Assembly (NCBI GenBank): GCA_041394725.1
Contig: JAWKHR010000033.1
Location: forward strand, 5,836 to 69,835
Origin: Vicinamibacterales bacterium
GTDB lineage: Bacteria > Acidobacteriota > Vicinamibacteria > Vicinamibacterales > SCN-69-37
Direction: 5' to 3'
DNA length: 64,000 nucleotides
A program made the translations under genes and the position numbers. The notes beneath the pieces are model-generated. The model made no database searches. It was given only the letters and a program-made list of their open reading frames with translations, and was not told the origin of the DNA. The stretch's first letter is position 1. Every line of letters starts with the position of its first letter. Positions 1 through 9,839 of this stretch are shown piece after piece.

Positions 1-606
1 CGCGGCGAGGAACTCGCACAGCTCGGCGACGTGCGGCTCGCAGGCGGCGTGCCGGATCTCGGTGGGGCCCTGCGCCGCGACGGCCGCGAGGAGCGCCGTT
101 TCGGTGCCGGTCACCGAGGCCTCGAGCAGATACATCGACGCGCCACGGAGGCCGTCCGGCGCGTCGAGCACGTGGACGGCGCCATCGGCCTGGACCCGCA
201 CGCCGAGCGCCTCGAGCGCCTGGAGGTGGGTCGTGATCGTGCGGCGCGCCGGGAAGTCGCCCCCGGGCGCGGCCAGCACCGCGCGACCGAGGCGGCCGAC
301 GAGCGCGCCCATCAGCAGGACGGACCCGCGCAGCCGGCCGACCAGCCGCGCGTCGGGTTCGGCGGACGTCACCCGGGTGCACGTCACGCGCAGCGTCGGC
401 GTGCCTTCGCCCTCGACCGTGGCGCCGAGCGACCGCAGCAACTCGAGCATCACGGCAACGTCGCGGATGCGGGGCACGTTGTGCAGCTCGCAGGTCTCGG
501 GCGTCAGCAGGCAGGCGGCCAGCAGCGGCAGCGCCGCGTTCTTGTTGCCCTCGACCTCGAGGCGTCCCGAGAGCGCGCGCCCGCCGCGAATCAGCAGATC
601 AGACAT
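1..606 (-). CDS. murA: UDP-N-acetylglucosamine 1-carboxyvinyltransferase MurA, N-terminal 202 codons (3' end lies beyond the window)
   Basis: It is absent from the ORF track because it runs off the window edge. Reverse translation from the ATG at 606-604 gives [50 protein letters not shown]..., the MurA N-terminal pattern. It begins directly after the murB stop (607-609). Confidence 0.85.
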   Translation of the reverse strand, partial: MSDLLIRGGRALSGRLEVEGNKNAALPLLAACLLTPETCELHNVPRIRDVAVMLELLRSLGATVEGEGTPTLRVTCTRVTSAEPDARLVGRLRGSVLLMGALVGRLGRAVLAAPGGDFPARRTITTHLQALEALGVRVQADGAVHVLDAPDGLRGASMYLLEASVTGTETALLAAVAAQGPTEIRHAACEPHVAELCEFLAA

Positions 607-1563
607 TCAGCGTCCCCCGCCCGGCCAGTCGCCGATGTACCGGACCTCGTCGCGCAGGCGGACGCCGAACGCCGCCTCGACGGCGTCGCGCGCCCGCTCG
701 ATGAGGGCGCGCACGTCGGCCGCGGTCGCGCCGCCCTCGTTGACGATGAAGTTCGCGTGGACGCCCGAAATCCGCGCGTCGCCCTGGCGCGCGTGCTTCA
801 GGCCCGCCCGGTCCACGAGGGCCCCCGCCGAGGCGGGCACGTCGGCGGGCAGCGCGTCGCGCGCGCGGTCGGGATTCTGGAAGATGCAGCCGGCGCTCGA
901 GAGCGCAAGCGGCTGCGTGCGCTTCCGGAACGCCAGCGACGCCCGCGCGACCTGGCGCAGCGCGTCGGGATCGCCGGGCGCGACCGCGAACTCCGCCCAC
1001 ACGAGGATCTCTCCCGTCGCCTGCAGCCGGCTCGTGTCGTACGCGAAGCCCATCTCGTCGCGCGGCACCGTGGCGACGGCGCCGTCGCGCGCGAGCAGGC
1101 GCGCCCGCTGGACGAGCGCGCCGATGTCGCGGCCCTGGAAGTGCGCGTTGCCGAAGATGGCGCCGCCGACCGTGCCGGGCGTGCCGGCCCACGCCTCGAG
1201 CGCGGCCAGTCCGTGCGCGATGGTCCAGCGCACCAGGCCGTTCATCGTCACGCCGGCCTCGGCGCGCACGGTGGTGGCGTCCGGCGCGCCGATGCCGCGC
1301 AGGCGCGCACGAACGACCGCGCCGCGCACGCCGGCGTCGGCGACGAGGACGTTCGACCCGCCGCCGAGCAGCGTCACCGGCACGGCCGCGCCGGCCGCGG
1401 CCGCGAGCACGCCGGCGAGCTCGGCCTCGGTCTCGACGTCCACGAGCCAGTCCGCCGGGCCGCCGACGCGAAAGGTCGTGAGCGGCGCGAGCGGCGCGTT
1501 CGCCACGACGCGTCCCTCCCCGAGGAGGGTCCGGCACGCCGCCAGGAAGCGCGGCCCATCCAT
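607..1563 (-). CDS. murB: UDP-N-acetylenolpyruvoylglucosamine reductase MurB
   Basis: It lies inside ORF 607..2607. The ATG at 1563 gives MDGPRFLAAC.... It has the FAD-binding region (LAPLTTFRVGGPADWLV, LLGGGSNVLV) and C-terminal GCIFQNP typical of MurB. The start shares 1 nt with the mpl stop. Confidence 0.9.
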   Translation of the reverse strand: MDGPRFLAACRTLLGEGRVVANAPLAPLTTFRVGGPADWLVDVETEAELAGVLAAAAGAAVPVTLLGGGSNVLVADAGVRGAVVRARLRGIGAPDATTVRAEAGVTMNGLVRWTIAHGLAALEAWAGTPGTVGGAIFGNAHFQGRDIGALVQRARLLARDGAVATVPRDEMGFAYDTSRLQATGEILVWAEFAVAPGDPDALRQVARASLAFRKRTQPLALSSAGCIFQNPDRARDALPADVPASAGALVDRAGLKHARQGDARISGVHANFIVNEGGATAADVRALIERARDAVEAAFGVRLRDEVRYIGDWPGGGR

Positions 1564-2975
1564 CAGGCCGGCGCCGTCCCGAGGCGCTCGAGCAGCCGGT
1601 CGTGGATGCCCTCGAATCCGCCGTTCGACATCGCGATGACCAGGTCGCCCGGGCGCGCCTCCCGCCCGATCGTCTCGACGATCTCCGACACGGGCAGCGG
1701 GCCGCGCGCCCGCACCGGCGCGTCCGATCGATCGACGTCGCGCACGAGCTTCGCGATGGACAGCCGATCCCCCTCGGGCAGCGTCGTCCGGAAGACCGGC
1801 GCGAGCAGCACCTCGTCGGCGCCTGACGCGCTGAACGCCCGCGCGAAGTCGTCCTGGAAGATCGCGCGGCAGGCCGTCGCCGAGCGCGGCTCGAAGACCG
1901 CCCAGATGCGGCGGTCGGGATACCCGGCGCGCACCGCGCGCAGCGTCTCGCGGATGGCCGTCGGGTGGTGCGCGAAGTCGTCGTACACGGCCACCCCGCC
2001 GGCCTCGCCCCGCCGTTCCAGGCGGCGCTTGACGCCCTGGAACTCGCGCAGCGCCCGCTGCATCTCCTCGATCTCGAGACCCGCGGCGCGCCCCACGGCC
2101 ATCGCCGCCAGGGCGTTCGCGACGTTGTGCGCGCCGAACATCGGCAGCTCCACGTGGCCGCGCGGTTCCCCGTCCACGGTCAGCTCGAACCGGACGCGAT
2201 CCTCCTGCGCGTGGACGGCCGCCGCCCGCCACGTCGCCTCGGGCGCGAACCCGAACGTCTCGACGGGCGCCCAGGCGCCCTCGGCGAGCGCGGCGACCTC
2301 CGCCGAGTCCGCGCCGAGGATCAGCCGGCCGTTGCGCGGCACGAGCTGCACCAGCCGACGGAACGCGGTCCGCAGCGAGGCCAGGTCGGGGTAGATGTCG
2401 GCGTGGTCGTACTCGAGGTTGCCGATGACGGCGACGTCCGGCAGGTATTTCAGGAACTTCGCCGTCTTGTCGAAGAAGGCGCTGTCGTACTCGTCGCCCT
2501 CGATGACGAAATCGCGCCCGGATCCGAGCCGCCAGCTGCCGTCGAAATTGCGCGCGATGCCGCCCACCAGCAGGCTGGGATCGCGGCCGCCCGCGGTCAG
2601 CAGCCACCCCGCCATCGCGGTCGTCGTCGTCTTGCCGTGCGTGCCGGCGATCACCAGCGACCGCGCGCTCCAGAGGAACTCGTCGCGAATCGCCTCCGGC
2701 ATGGAACGGAAGCGCACCTTGCGGGCCAGCACTTCTTCCAGTTCCGGGTTGCCGCGCGAGATCGCGTTGCCGACGATGACCCGGTCGAGGTCGCCGGTGA
2801 TGTGATCGGCCCGATAGCCGTCGAGGACGCGGATGCCCTCGCGCGCGAGGAAGTCGCTCATCGGCGGATAGACGCCGTGATCGGAGCCCTGGACGTCGTG
2901 GCCGCGCGCCTTGAGCATGGCGGCCAGGGTGGCCATCGCGGTGCCACAGACGCCGATGAAGTGGACGCGCGCCAT
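1563..2975 (-). CDS. mpl: UDP-N-acetylmuramate:L-alanyl-gamma-D-glutamyl-meso-DAP ligase (murein peptide ligase Mpl)
   Basis: This 470-aa ORF is collinear with E. coli Mpl along its whole length: HFIGVCGTAMATLA, VYPPMSDFL, IAGTHGKTTTT, EGDEYDSAFFDK, YDDFAHHPTA, MSNGGFEGIH. Confidence 0.88.
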   Translation of the reverse strand: MARVHFIGVCGTAMATLAAMLKARGHDVQGSDHGVYPPMSDFLAREGIRVLDGYRADHITGDLDRVIVGNAISRGNPELEEVLARKVRFRSMPEAIRDEFLWSARSLVIAGTHGKTTTTAMAGWLLTAGGRDPSLLVGGIARNFDGSWRLGSGRDFVIEGDEYDSAFFDKTAKFLKYLPDVAVIGNLEYDHADIYPDLASLRTAFRRLVQLVPRNGRLILGADSAEVAALAEGAWAPVETFGFAPEATWRAAAVHAQEDRVRFELTVDGEPRGHVELPMFGAHNVANALAAMAVGRAAGLEIEEMQRALREFQGVKRRLERRGEAGGVAVYDDFAHHPTAIRETLRAVRAGYPDRRIWAVFEPRSATACRAIFQDDFARAFSASGADEVLLAPVFRTTLPEGDRLSIAKLVRDVDRSDAPVRARGPLPVSEIVETIGREARPGDLVIAMSNGGFEGIHDRLLERLGTAPA

Positions 2976-2978
2976 CGC

Positions 2979-3923
2979 CTATCCCGCCGCCGCTTCCTCG
3001 CAGACGAGGCGCGGGGAGGCCGACGCCTCGACCCGGACCTCGGCGCCGAGGGGCAGGCTGACCAGCCGCGAGGTCGTGTGGCCAGACGGGAGACCGGCCA
3101 GGATCGGGCCCGGAAACCCGGCCAGAGCGTCGCGGATCGCATCGAGCGCGCTGAGAGTGCCGCCGGGCTCGTCACAGCGGGGCAACTGGCCGAACACGAC
3201 GGCACGGGCGCGGACGAACCGCCCGCTCAGCCGCCACTGGGTCAGCATCCGGTGCAGCCGGTAGGGGCGCTCGGCGACCTCGTCCAGGAAGAGCACGTGA
3301 CCGTCGGGCGGGTCGAAGACGAACGGCGTCTCGAACGACGAAAGGAGCTGCGTCAGGGTGCCGCCGACGAGCGGGCCAGTCGCCTCGCCCGACCGCAGGA
3401 CCTCCAGGCCATCGGTACCGGTTTCCCCCGGTGCATTCGTCGAAAGCGCCCGGAGAAAGCTGGCCGAATCGTAGCCCGACGGCCCCTCGGAGACCCGTCC
3501 CTCTATCATCGGGCCGTGCAGCGTGGCGAGGCCGCCGCGGCTGCCGAGGGCGGCATGGAGGGAGGTGACGTCACTGTAGCCGCAGAAGGCGGTGCGGGCG
3601 TCCCGCAGGCGCATCAGGTCGAGGTGCGGCAGGATCTCGATCGATCCATAGCCGCCGCGGACCGCCATCACCAGGTCGGCGTCCATCTCGAGCATCGCGC
3701 GCATGAAGGCCCGGGCGCGCACCTCGGGCGTGCCGGCCGTCATCGGCAGGCGGTCGAACACCGACTCGTCCCAGACCGGGTCGAACCCCAGCCGGCGCAG
3801 TTCCGCGACGCCGCGGTCGAAGTCGTCGCGGCGGAACCCGCTCGCCGGGGCCACGAGCGCGACGCGGCTGCCCGGCCCGGCCGGCCGGTACTTCCGGAGC
3901 CCCGCCCGGGTCCGCGGCGTCAT
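2979..3923 (-). CDS. ldcA: LD-carboxypeptidase (muramoyltetrapeptide carboxypeptidase, peptidase S66)
   Basis: It lies inside ORF 2979..4808. The ATG at 3923 gives MTPRTRAGL.... S66 hallmarks are present: VALVAPASG, VRGGYGS, CGYSDVTSLH, GHT near the C-terminus. The start overlaps the nagZ stop by 4 nt (ATGA). Confidence 0.82.
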   Translation of the reverse strand: MTPRTRAGLRKYRPAGPGSRVALVAPASGFRRDDFDRGVAELRRLGFDPVWDESVFDRLPMTAGTPEVRARAFMRAMLEMDADLVMAVRGGYGSIEILPHLDLMRLRDARTAFCGYSDVTSLHAALGSRGGLATLHGPMIEGRVSEGPSGYDSASFLRALSTNAPGETGTDGLEVLRSGEATGPLVGGTLTQLLSSFETPFVFDPPDGHVLFLDEVAERPYRLHRMLTQWRLSGRFVRARAVVFGQLPRCDEPGGTLSALDAIRDALAGFPGPILAGLPSGHTTSRLVSLPLGAEVRVEASASPRLVCEEAAAG

Positions 3924-5002
3924 TGCCACGCGGCCATCTCGCGCGCGATGGCCTGGTGCGCCTCGCAGCCGATGACGCCGAGATCCGGCGCCGCCGCTCC
4001 CCCGGACGCGAGCAGCCGCGACTTGACCCGGTGCTGACGCGCGAGGGCGTCGTCGAACCGCGCCGGCGTGATCCGGCCCTGCTCGGCGGCGCGGATGACG
4101 TCCTCGATCGCGGCGACCTGCTCGTCGGTCGTCGAGTTGCAGAGCAGCACCACGTCGCACCCGGCCGCGATCGCGCCGACCGTCGCCTCGCCGAGGGGCA
4201 TCGACGCGCTCACCGCCTTCATCCCAAGGTCGTCGCTGATCACCACGCCGTCGAAGCCAAGCTCCTGCTTGAGCAGCCGGGTCACGATCGCGGGCGAGAG
4301 CGAGGCCGGATGCGCCTCGTCGATGGGCGGCACCAGGACGTGCGCGGTCATGATCGTGCCGACGCCGGCCGCGATCGCCCGGCGGAACGGCACGAGCTCC
4401 ACCGCGTCCAGGCGGCGACGGTCGTGTTCGACGATGGGCAGCGCCTCGTGGGAATCCACCGTGGTGTCGCCGTGTCCGGGGAAGTGTTTGCCGCAGGCCG
4501 TCACCCCGGCGCCCTGGAGCGCCTCGATCAGGATCGCGCCGAGCCGTGCGACGTCCTCCGCCTGCTCGGACAGCGCGCGGTCGCCGATGACCGGGTTGTC
4601 CGGGTTGCTGTTGACGTCCAGCACCGGCACGTAGTCCAGGTTGACGCCGACCGCGCGCACCTCGGCGGCCAGCGCCGCGCCGAACCGTGCCACCAGTGCG
4701 TCGTCGCCGCTCCGGCCGAGCGTGATGGCCGGCGGCCAGGTCGTGAACGGCGCCCGGAACCGCGCCACGCGGCCGCCTTCCTGGTCCACGCTGATCCAGA
4801 ACGGCCACTCCCCCGCCAGGTCCGCCACCTCGCGCGACAGCTCGGCGACCTGGCGCGGCTCGACGACGTTGCGGGCGAAGTAGATGACGCCGCCCAGGTC
4901 GAAGGTGGACGCGAGGTCGCGAAGCTCGACGGGGACGGTCTGGCCGGTAAACCCGACGATCGCCAGCCGGCCGGCCTGGCGTCGCAAGGTCCGAAGCGAC
5001 AT
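3920..5002 (-). CDS. nagZ: beta-N-acetylhexosaminidase NagZ (GH3)
   Basis: This 360-aa ORF carries the GH3 motifs VDQEGGRV, KHFPGHGDTTVDSH and VISDDLGM. Confidence 0.88.
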   Translation of the reverse strand: MSLRTLRRQAGRLAIVGFTGQTVPVELRDLASTFDLGGVIYFARNVVEPRQVAELSREVADLAGEWPFWISVDQEGGRVARFRAPFTTWPPAITLGRSGDDALVARFGAALAAEVRAVGVNLDYVPVLDVNSNPDNPVIGDRALSEQAEDVARLGAILIEALQGAGVTACGKHFPGHGDTTVDSHEALPIVEHDRRRLDAVELVPFRRAIAAGVGTIMTAHVLVPPIDEAHPASLSPAIVTRLLKQELGFDGVVISDDLGMKAVSASMPLGEATVGAIAAGCDVVLLCNSTTDEQVAAIEDVIRAAEQGRITPARFDDALARQHRVKSRLLASGGAAAPDLGVIGCEAHQAIAREMAAWQ

Positions 5003-5025
5003 TGAGGCGCCATTATAATGCGCGC

Positions 5026-6018
5026 GTGCGTATCGACTCTTCCGCGCCGACCCGGATCGATCTCGCCGGGGGCACCTACGACATCTGGCCGTTGTACCTG
5101 TTCCACGACCACGCGCAGACCATCAACGGCGCAATCAGCCTGCGCGCGCAGTGCACCCTCACGTCGCGGCGCGACTACGGCGTCCGCCTCGTGTCCGAGG
5201 ACACGGGCGAGGAGGTCGACGCGCCGGATCCGCAGGCGCTCGGCATCGACCGCCTGCCGCTGGTCGCGCGCCTCGTCCGGCACTTCGGCGCGCGCGGCGT
5301 GGAGGTGCGGACGCGATCCGGGTCGCCGGTCGGCGCCGGCATCGCGGGATCGTCGGCCCTGAACGTGGCGCTCATCGGCGCGCTCGCGGCGTGGACCGGC
5401 CGGACGCTGACCGACGAGACGCTGCTGACGCTGGCGATGAACGTGGAGGCGCAGGTCATCCGGGTGCCGACCGGGGTGCAGGACTACCGGCCCGCGCTCC
5501 ATGGCGGCATCCAGGCCGTGCTCCTGGACGTGACCGGCGTCCGGCGCGCGCCCATCCCCGTCGACCTGGAGGCGCTCGGCTCGCGCATCGTCCTCGCCTA
5601 CACGGGGGCGTCGCGGCAGTCGGGCATCAACAACTGGGACGCGATGCAGCGACGGATTCAGGGCGATCCGGCGGTCATCGCCGCGTTCGACGGCATCCGC
5701 GACGCGGCCGCGGGCGTGCGCGCCGCGCTCGAGGAGCAGGACTGGCCGGGCGTCGCGCGCCACCTGGGCGAGGAGTGGGCCCATCGCAAGCGCCTGGCCC
5801 CGGGCGTGACCACGCCGGAAATCGACGGCATGCTCGAGCAGGCCAGGCTCGCCGGCGCGCTGGCGGGCAAGGTGTGCGGCGCCGGGGGTGGCGGGTGTCT
5901 GTTCTGCCTGACCACGCCGGAACGGCGCGAACGCGTGGCCGGCGCGCTCGAGGCCGCCGGCGCGCGCGTCATGCCCTTCGCCTTCGAGGCCCAGGGCCTG
6001 GTCGTGGAACGCCAGTGA
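5026..6018 (+). CDS. GHMP-family sugar kinase (HddA/fucokinase-like), substrate unknown
   Basis: This is ORF 5002..6018. It has the GHMP motif II SPVGAGIAGSSALNVA and a C-terminal GKVCGAGGGGCLF. I prefer the GTG at 5026 (VRIDSSAPTRIDLAGG), because the TTG at 5002 lies on the nagZ start codon and a TATAAT box sits at 5014-5019. Confidence 0.75.
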   Translation: MRIDSSAPTRIDLAGGTYDIWPLYLFHDHAQTINGAISLRAQCTLTSRRDYGVRLVSEDTGEEVDAPDPQALGIDRLPLVARLVRHFGARGVEVRTRSGSPVGAGIAGSSALNVALIGALAAWTGRTLTDETLLTLAMNVEAQVIRVPTGVQDYRPALHGGIQAVLLDVTGVRRAPIPVDLEALGSRIVLAYTGASRQSGINNWDAMQRRIQGDPAVIAAFDGIRDAAAGVRAALEEQDWPGVARHLGEEWAHRKRLAPGVTTPEIDGMLEQARLAGALAGKVCGAGGGGCLFCLTTPERRERVAGALEAAGARVMPFAFEAQGLVVERQ

Positions 6019-6029
6019 CGGAGACGCCG

Positions 6030-6224
6030 ATGACACCGCTCGAACAGATCCGCGCGCTCTACTTCAAGGCGTCACCCGCCACCATCGACCGCGACCTCAG
6101 GCGCGCCGTCGAGCTCCTCAAGGGCCTCCCGAGCGAGGACGAGCGCGAGCGCGCGGCCGTCTACATGGACGGCCTGTCGCAGATGAAGGGCGAGTGGAAG
6201 CAGAAGCCGCGCCGGAGCAAGTAG
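6030..6224 (+). CDS. small hypothetical protein (64 aa)
   Basis: It is in frame within ORF 5151..6224: MTPLEQIRALYFKASPATIDRDLRRAVELLKGLPSEDERERAAVYMDGLSQMKGEWKQKPRRSK. A GGAGA lies 5 nt upstream of the ATG. The composition is normal, unlike the upstream part of that ORF. Confidence 0.45.
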   Translation: MTPLEQIRALYFKASPATIDRDLRRAVELLKGLPSEDERERAAVYMDGLSQMKGEWKQKPRRSK

Positions 6225-6254
6225 CCCGCCGGTCGGGAGCGCGCGCGGATCCCC

Positions 6255-7040
6255 CTACTGCAGGTAGGTGTCGAGGTTCTCGCGCGTCACGTGCGCCATC
6301 CGGTGCTGGCCGTCCCGGCCCAGCGCCTTCGCCTTGCGGCCGTTGATCGTCCAGGTGAAGGCCCCCGCGTTGCCGACGTCCAGCACCAGCTCGTGGTCCG
6401 CCGAGAACGACTGCGGCTCGCCCGGCGACAGCACGCGCTCGAAGACGACCAGGCCGTCGGCGGTCACGTTCACCCAGCAGTCGGCGGTCACCTCGAAGGC
6501 CACGGTCAGCCGCTCGCGCGCCTCGGCCGGCGGCGGGACCTCGGCCGGAAGCGGGTCGGCCGGCGGCGGGGGCGTGACGGGCTGGCGGACCTCCGCCGGG
6601 GGCGCGGCCGGCGCCGGTTCCGGATCGCCGTGGTCGCGGCCGAAGTACCACCACGCGAGCCAGCCGACGAGCGCCACCACGACCACGGCGCCGACGACGA
6701 CGCCGACGCGCAGCAGGTGCATCGCGCGCTCCTGCCGCGCGAGGAACTCGCGGTCGCCGGCGGTCACCTTCGGCTTCGCCTTGCGGCTCGCCGCCTCGCG
6801 CTCGTGGCGGGCGAGCTCCTCGCCGAAGGCCTCGACCGTCGAGTCGGGATCGAGTTCGACCAGCTCGGCGTACGAACGGACGAACGACCGCGCGTAGATG
6901 CCGCCGGGCAGCCTGGCGTAGTCGTTGCGCTCGAGGGCATCGAGGGCGTTGGTCGCGATCTTGGTTCGGGCGGCGACGTCGCGCAGCGACAGCTTCCTGG
7001 CCTCTCTCGCCTGCCGCAGTCGCGTGCCTACCGGTTCCAT
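6255..7040 (-). CDS. rodZ: RodZ-like cytoskeleton/shape protein (HTH + TM + DUF4115-like C-terminus)
   Basis: It has an N-terminal XRE-type HTH (LRQAREARKLSLRDVAARTKI), one TM helix (VGVVVGAVVVVALVGWLAWWYF), a Pro-rich linker and a C-terminal beta domain (CWVNVTADG...FTWTINGR). Confidence 0.7.
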   Translation of the reverse strand: MEPVGTRLRQAREARKLSLRDVAARTKIATNALDALERNDYARLPGGIYARSFVRSYAELVELDPDSTVEAFGEELARHEREAASRKAKPKVTAGDREFLARQERAMHLLRVGVVVGAVVVVALVGWLAWWYFGRDHGDPEPAPAAPPAEVRQPVTPPPPADPLPAEVPPPAEARERLTVAFEVTADCWVNVTADGLVVFERVLSPGEPQSFSADHELVLDVGNAGAFTWTINGRKAKALGRDGQHRMAHVTRENLDTYLQ

Positions 7041-7055
7041 GGGTTGCCCGTTACT

Positions 7056-7700
7056 CTAGCGTCCTCTCCGCCCGGATTCGAGGGCCGCACGCAAATCGCG
7101 CACGACTCCGTGCAGGCCGCCGGGATATTCCTGCGCAATCGCGGGCAGAAACATGCCAATCGCGGCCACGCCATCGGCGCCGGCCGCCGCGCACGCCGCC
7201 GCGTTCGCCACGGTGACGCCGCCGATCGCGATGACCGGGCGCGACGTCGCGCGCCGCACCGCCGCGATCCCCGCGACCCCGGCCGCGGGCACCCCGGGCT
7301 TCGAGGCCGACGGGAAGACGTGACCGAAGACCAGCGCGTCGGCTCCGGCGTGGCCCGCGGCCTCGGCGGAGTCGTGGACCGCGCGCGAAATCCAGGCGCC
7401 CGGAGGCAGCAGCGGACGCACGCGCGCTTCGGCCGGCGCGTCTGCCCGCAGGTGGACGTGCGCCCCGGACGCCAGGGCGACGTCCACGCGATCGTTGACC
7501 AGGATGGCGGCGCGACCACCCGTCCGGGCGACGAGGCGGGCGGCCAGCGCCCGGAGCGCGGCGGCCGCGACGTCAGGCTCCCGAATCTGGACGGCGTCCA
7601 CGCCCGCGTCGAGGGCGTGATCGATCGCGCGCTCGAGGCCGGTGAGTGTCTCGGCCGGCGTCCGGGCGTCCGGAACCGCGCGATGGCGATCCGTGACCAT
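7056..7700 (-). CDS. thiE: thiamine-phosphate synthase ThiE
   Basis: It lies inside ORF 7056..8045. The ATG at 7700 gives MVTDRH.... It has the TMP-TENI pattern (DAVQIREPD, ILVNDRVDVA, FGHVFPSASKPG, AIGGVT). Confidence 0.8.
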   Translation of the reverse strand: MVTDRHRAVPDARTPAETLTGLERAIDHALDAGVDAVQIREPDVAAAALRALAARLVARTGGRAAILVNDRVDVALASGAHVHLRADAPAEARVRPLLPPGAWISRAVHDSAEAAGHAGADALVFGHVFPSASKPGVPAAGVAGIAAVRRATSRPVIAIGGVTVANAAACAAAGADGVAAIGMFLPAIAQEYPGGLHGVVRDLRAALESGRRGR

Positions 7701-7726
7701 CCAGATTCCGCCGGGCCGCGCCGCGG

Positions 7727-8002
7727 TCACGAGCCGGCCTGGTGCCCGTCCGGTGTCCCGGTCTCTGGCGGCGGACCGCCAGGCCTGGTCAGGAAGGCGC
7801 CGGTCAGGTCGCGCAGGCCCGCCAGGACGGTGACGATGCCGATCCCGGTCACGCCGCCCTGGACGTAGGCGCTGCTCATCCACTCGCCGAGCCACGGCAG
7901 CCAGATCCCGAAGACGTTGCGCTGCCAGACGGCCGTCCAGGGCGCGACGATCAGCACCAGACCCGTTTCGACGAGATAGGCGGCCACGAGCAGGCGGGTC
8001 AC
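7727..8002 (-). CDS. small membrane protein, unknown function (91 aa)
   Basis: It has a GTG start, two predicted hydrophobic helices (LLVAAYLVETGLVLIVAPW; GGVTGIGIVTVLAGL), very high third-position GC, and fills the rnhB-thiE gap. Confidence 0.45.
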   Translation of the reverse strand: MTRLLVAAYLVETGLVLIVAPWTAVWQRNVFGIWLPWLGEWMSSAYVQGGVTGIGIVTVLAGLRDLTGAFLTRPGGPPPETGTPDGHQAGS

Positions 8003-8025
8003 GAAGTGAATGGCGGGCTCCTCGC

Positions 8026-8655
8026 TCAGTCAGGCATCGTATCAAACAGCGATGGCGGCCTGAACGTGCGGCGATGCGCCGGCGAGTAGCCGAATCGGCC
8101 GACGGCCGCCAGGTGGGCGCGGGTCGCGTAGCCCTTGTGTCGGTCGAACCCGTAGCGCGGGTCCTGCCGGTGCAGATCTTCCATCAGCCGATCGCGCGTG
8201 ACCTTGGCGAGGATCGAGGCGGCGGCGATGGCCGCGCACGACCGGTCTCCGCCGACGATGGCGCGCTGGGCCATGGGCAGCCGTGGCACCGGAAACCCGT
8301 CCACGATCACGAAGCACGGCAACGGCACCAGGGCCAGCACGGCCTCGCGCATCGCCTCGAGGGAGGCGCGATGGATGTTGACGCGGTCGATCTCGGCCGG
8401 TTCGATGATGGCGACGCGCCAGGCCAGCGCGCGGGCGACGATCCGATCGTGCAGCCGCTCGCGCTCGGCGGCGGTCAGCAGCTTGGAGTCGGCGAGCCCG
8501 GCGATGTGGCGGGCCGGGTCGAGGATGACGGCGCCGGCCACGACCGGGCCGGCCAGGCAGCCGCGGCCGACCTCGTCGGCGCCGGCGACGCGCACGAACC
8601 CGTCACGCCGCACGGCGTTCTCCGTCGCGCGCGACGCCCGGGCCCGTGGGGACAT
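8026..8655 (-). CDS. rnhB: ribonuclease HII
   Basis: This 209-aa ORF has GADEVGRGCLAGPVV, DSKLL and a conserved C-terminal HRRTF-type motif. Confidence 0.9.
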   Translation of the reverse strand: MSPRARASRATENAVRRDGFVRVAGADEVGRGCLAGPVVAGAVILDPARHIAGLADSKLLTAAERERLHDRIVARALAWRVAIIEPAEIDRVNIHRASLEAMREAVLALVPLPCFVIVDGFPVPRLPMAQRAIVGGDRSCAAIAAASILAKVTRDRLMEDLHRQDPRYGFDRHKGYATRAHLAAVGRFGYSPAHRRTFRPPSLFDTMPD

Positions 8656-8707
8656 GCCGTCTTCCTCGCGTGGCCCCCGGGGCCGGACGGCCCCGGGGAA
8701 CCGGAGG

Positions 8708-9070
8708 TCAGTTCCGGGCGCGGGCGTCTGGCCGGCGCTCTTCCTTCATGCGGGCGGCCTTGCCGCGCAGGTTCCGCAGGAAGTACAGCTTCGCGCGGCG
8801 CACGCGGGCACTCCGGACGATCTCGATCTTGTCGATCACCGGCGAGTGGAGCGGGAAGATGCGCTCGACGCCCTGGCCGAACGACACCTTGCGGACGGTG
8901 AACGTGGCCCGCGCGCCGCCGCGGTGCATCCCGATCACCATTCCCTCGAACACCTGCACGCGCTCCTTGTCGCCCTCGCGCACCTTGACGTGCACGCGCA
9001 CGGTGTCACCCGTCCGCATGCCGGGCCGCTCGAGCAGGTTGGGCTGCTCGATGGTCTCAATCGCCTTCAT
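8708..9070 (-). CDS. rplS: 50S ribosomal protein L19
   Basis: The sequence is MKAIETIEQ...[29 protein letters not shown]...[21 protein letters not shown]. The ORF track starts at the GTG at 9073. The adjacent ATG at 9070 is the more likely start. Confidence 0.95.
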   Translation of the reverse strand: MKAIETIEQPNLLERPGMRTGDTVRVHVKVREGDKERVQVFEGMVIGMHRGGARATFTVRKVSFGQGVERIFPLHSPVIDKIEIVRSARVRRAKLYFLRNLRGKAARMKEERRPDARARN

Positions 9071-9839
9071 CACGTCGCTCCTTTGTCCCCTCGGGCGGGC
9101 GCCCTCCGGCGGCCCGCTGCCACTCGTCCACCAGCCGCCGGTCGGCGGCGTCCAGCGCTGCGGTGGCCAGCAGGTCCGGCCGGCGCGCCCACGTCCGCGC
9201 CAGGCTTTCCCGGTGCCGCCACCGCTCGATCTCCGCGTGGTGCCCCGACAGCAGCACGTCGGGCACGCGACGGCCCCGCCACTCGGCGGGCCGCGTGTAG
9301 TGCGGGTGATCCAGCAGTCCCCGCACGAACGAATCCCCTTCGACCGACGCCTGGTCGCCCACCACGCCGGGCACCAGCCGCGCCACCGCGTCGATGACCA
9401 CGAGCGCCGGCAGTTCCCCGCCCGTCAGCACGTAGTCACCGATCGAGATCTCGTCGGTCACCATCGCCTCGGTGAACCGCTCGTCGATCCCCTCGTAGCG
9501 CCCGCACATCACGACGAGGCGCGCCATCCGGCTCAGCCGCTCCGCCTCGGCATGGCTGAAGCGTCGCCCCTGCGGCGTCATCAGCACCACGGCCGACGCC
9601 GGGCCGTGCGCCGCCGCAATCGCCTCGACGGCGCCCGCGAGCGGCTCGGGCATCATGACCATCCCGGGGCCGCCGCCGTACGGCACGTCGTCCACGCTCC
9701 GGTGCCGGTCGGTGGCCTGGTCGCGCAGGTCGTGCACGCCCAGGTCGATCACCCCGCGCTCACGCGCCCGGGCCAGAACCCCCTCGGCCAGCGCGGCCTC
9801 GACCATGCGCGGGAAGATGGTGACGACGTCGATCCTCAC
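9057..9839 (-). CDS. trmD: tRNA (guanine37-N1)-methyltransferase TrmD
   Basis: It has a GTG start preceded by GGAGGGCGGGAGG. Motifs: [31 protein letters not shown]. Confidence 0.93.
   Translation of the reverse strand: MRIDVVTIFPRMVEAALAEGVLARARERGVIDLGVHDLRDQATDRHRSVDDVPYGGGPGMVMMPEPLAGAVEAIAAAHGPASAVVLMTPQGRRFSHAEAERLSRMARLVVMCGRYEGIDERFTEAMVTDEISIGDYVLTGGELPALVVIDAVARLVPGVVGDQASVEGDSFVRGLLDHPHYTRPAEWRGRRVPDVLLSGHHAEIERWRHRESLARTWARRPDLLATAALDAADRRLVDEWQRAAGGRPPEGTKERRDEGD

Noticed and set aside
31-4037. Very long plus-strand ORFs (31..2394, 62..1639, 1965..4037) opposite murA-murB-mpl-ldcA
   Set aside because: Their translations are extreme Arg/Ala/Gly/Pro strings with no motifs, which is typical of shadow ORFs in high-GC DNA. 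The reverse strand encodes clearly recognisable enzymes in the same DNA.
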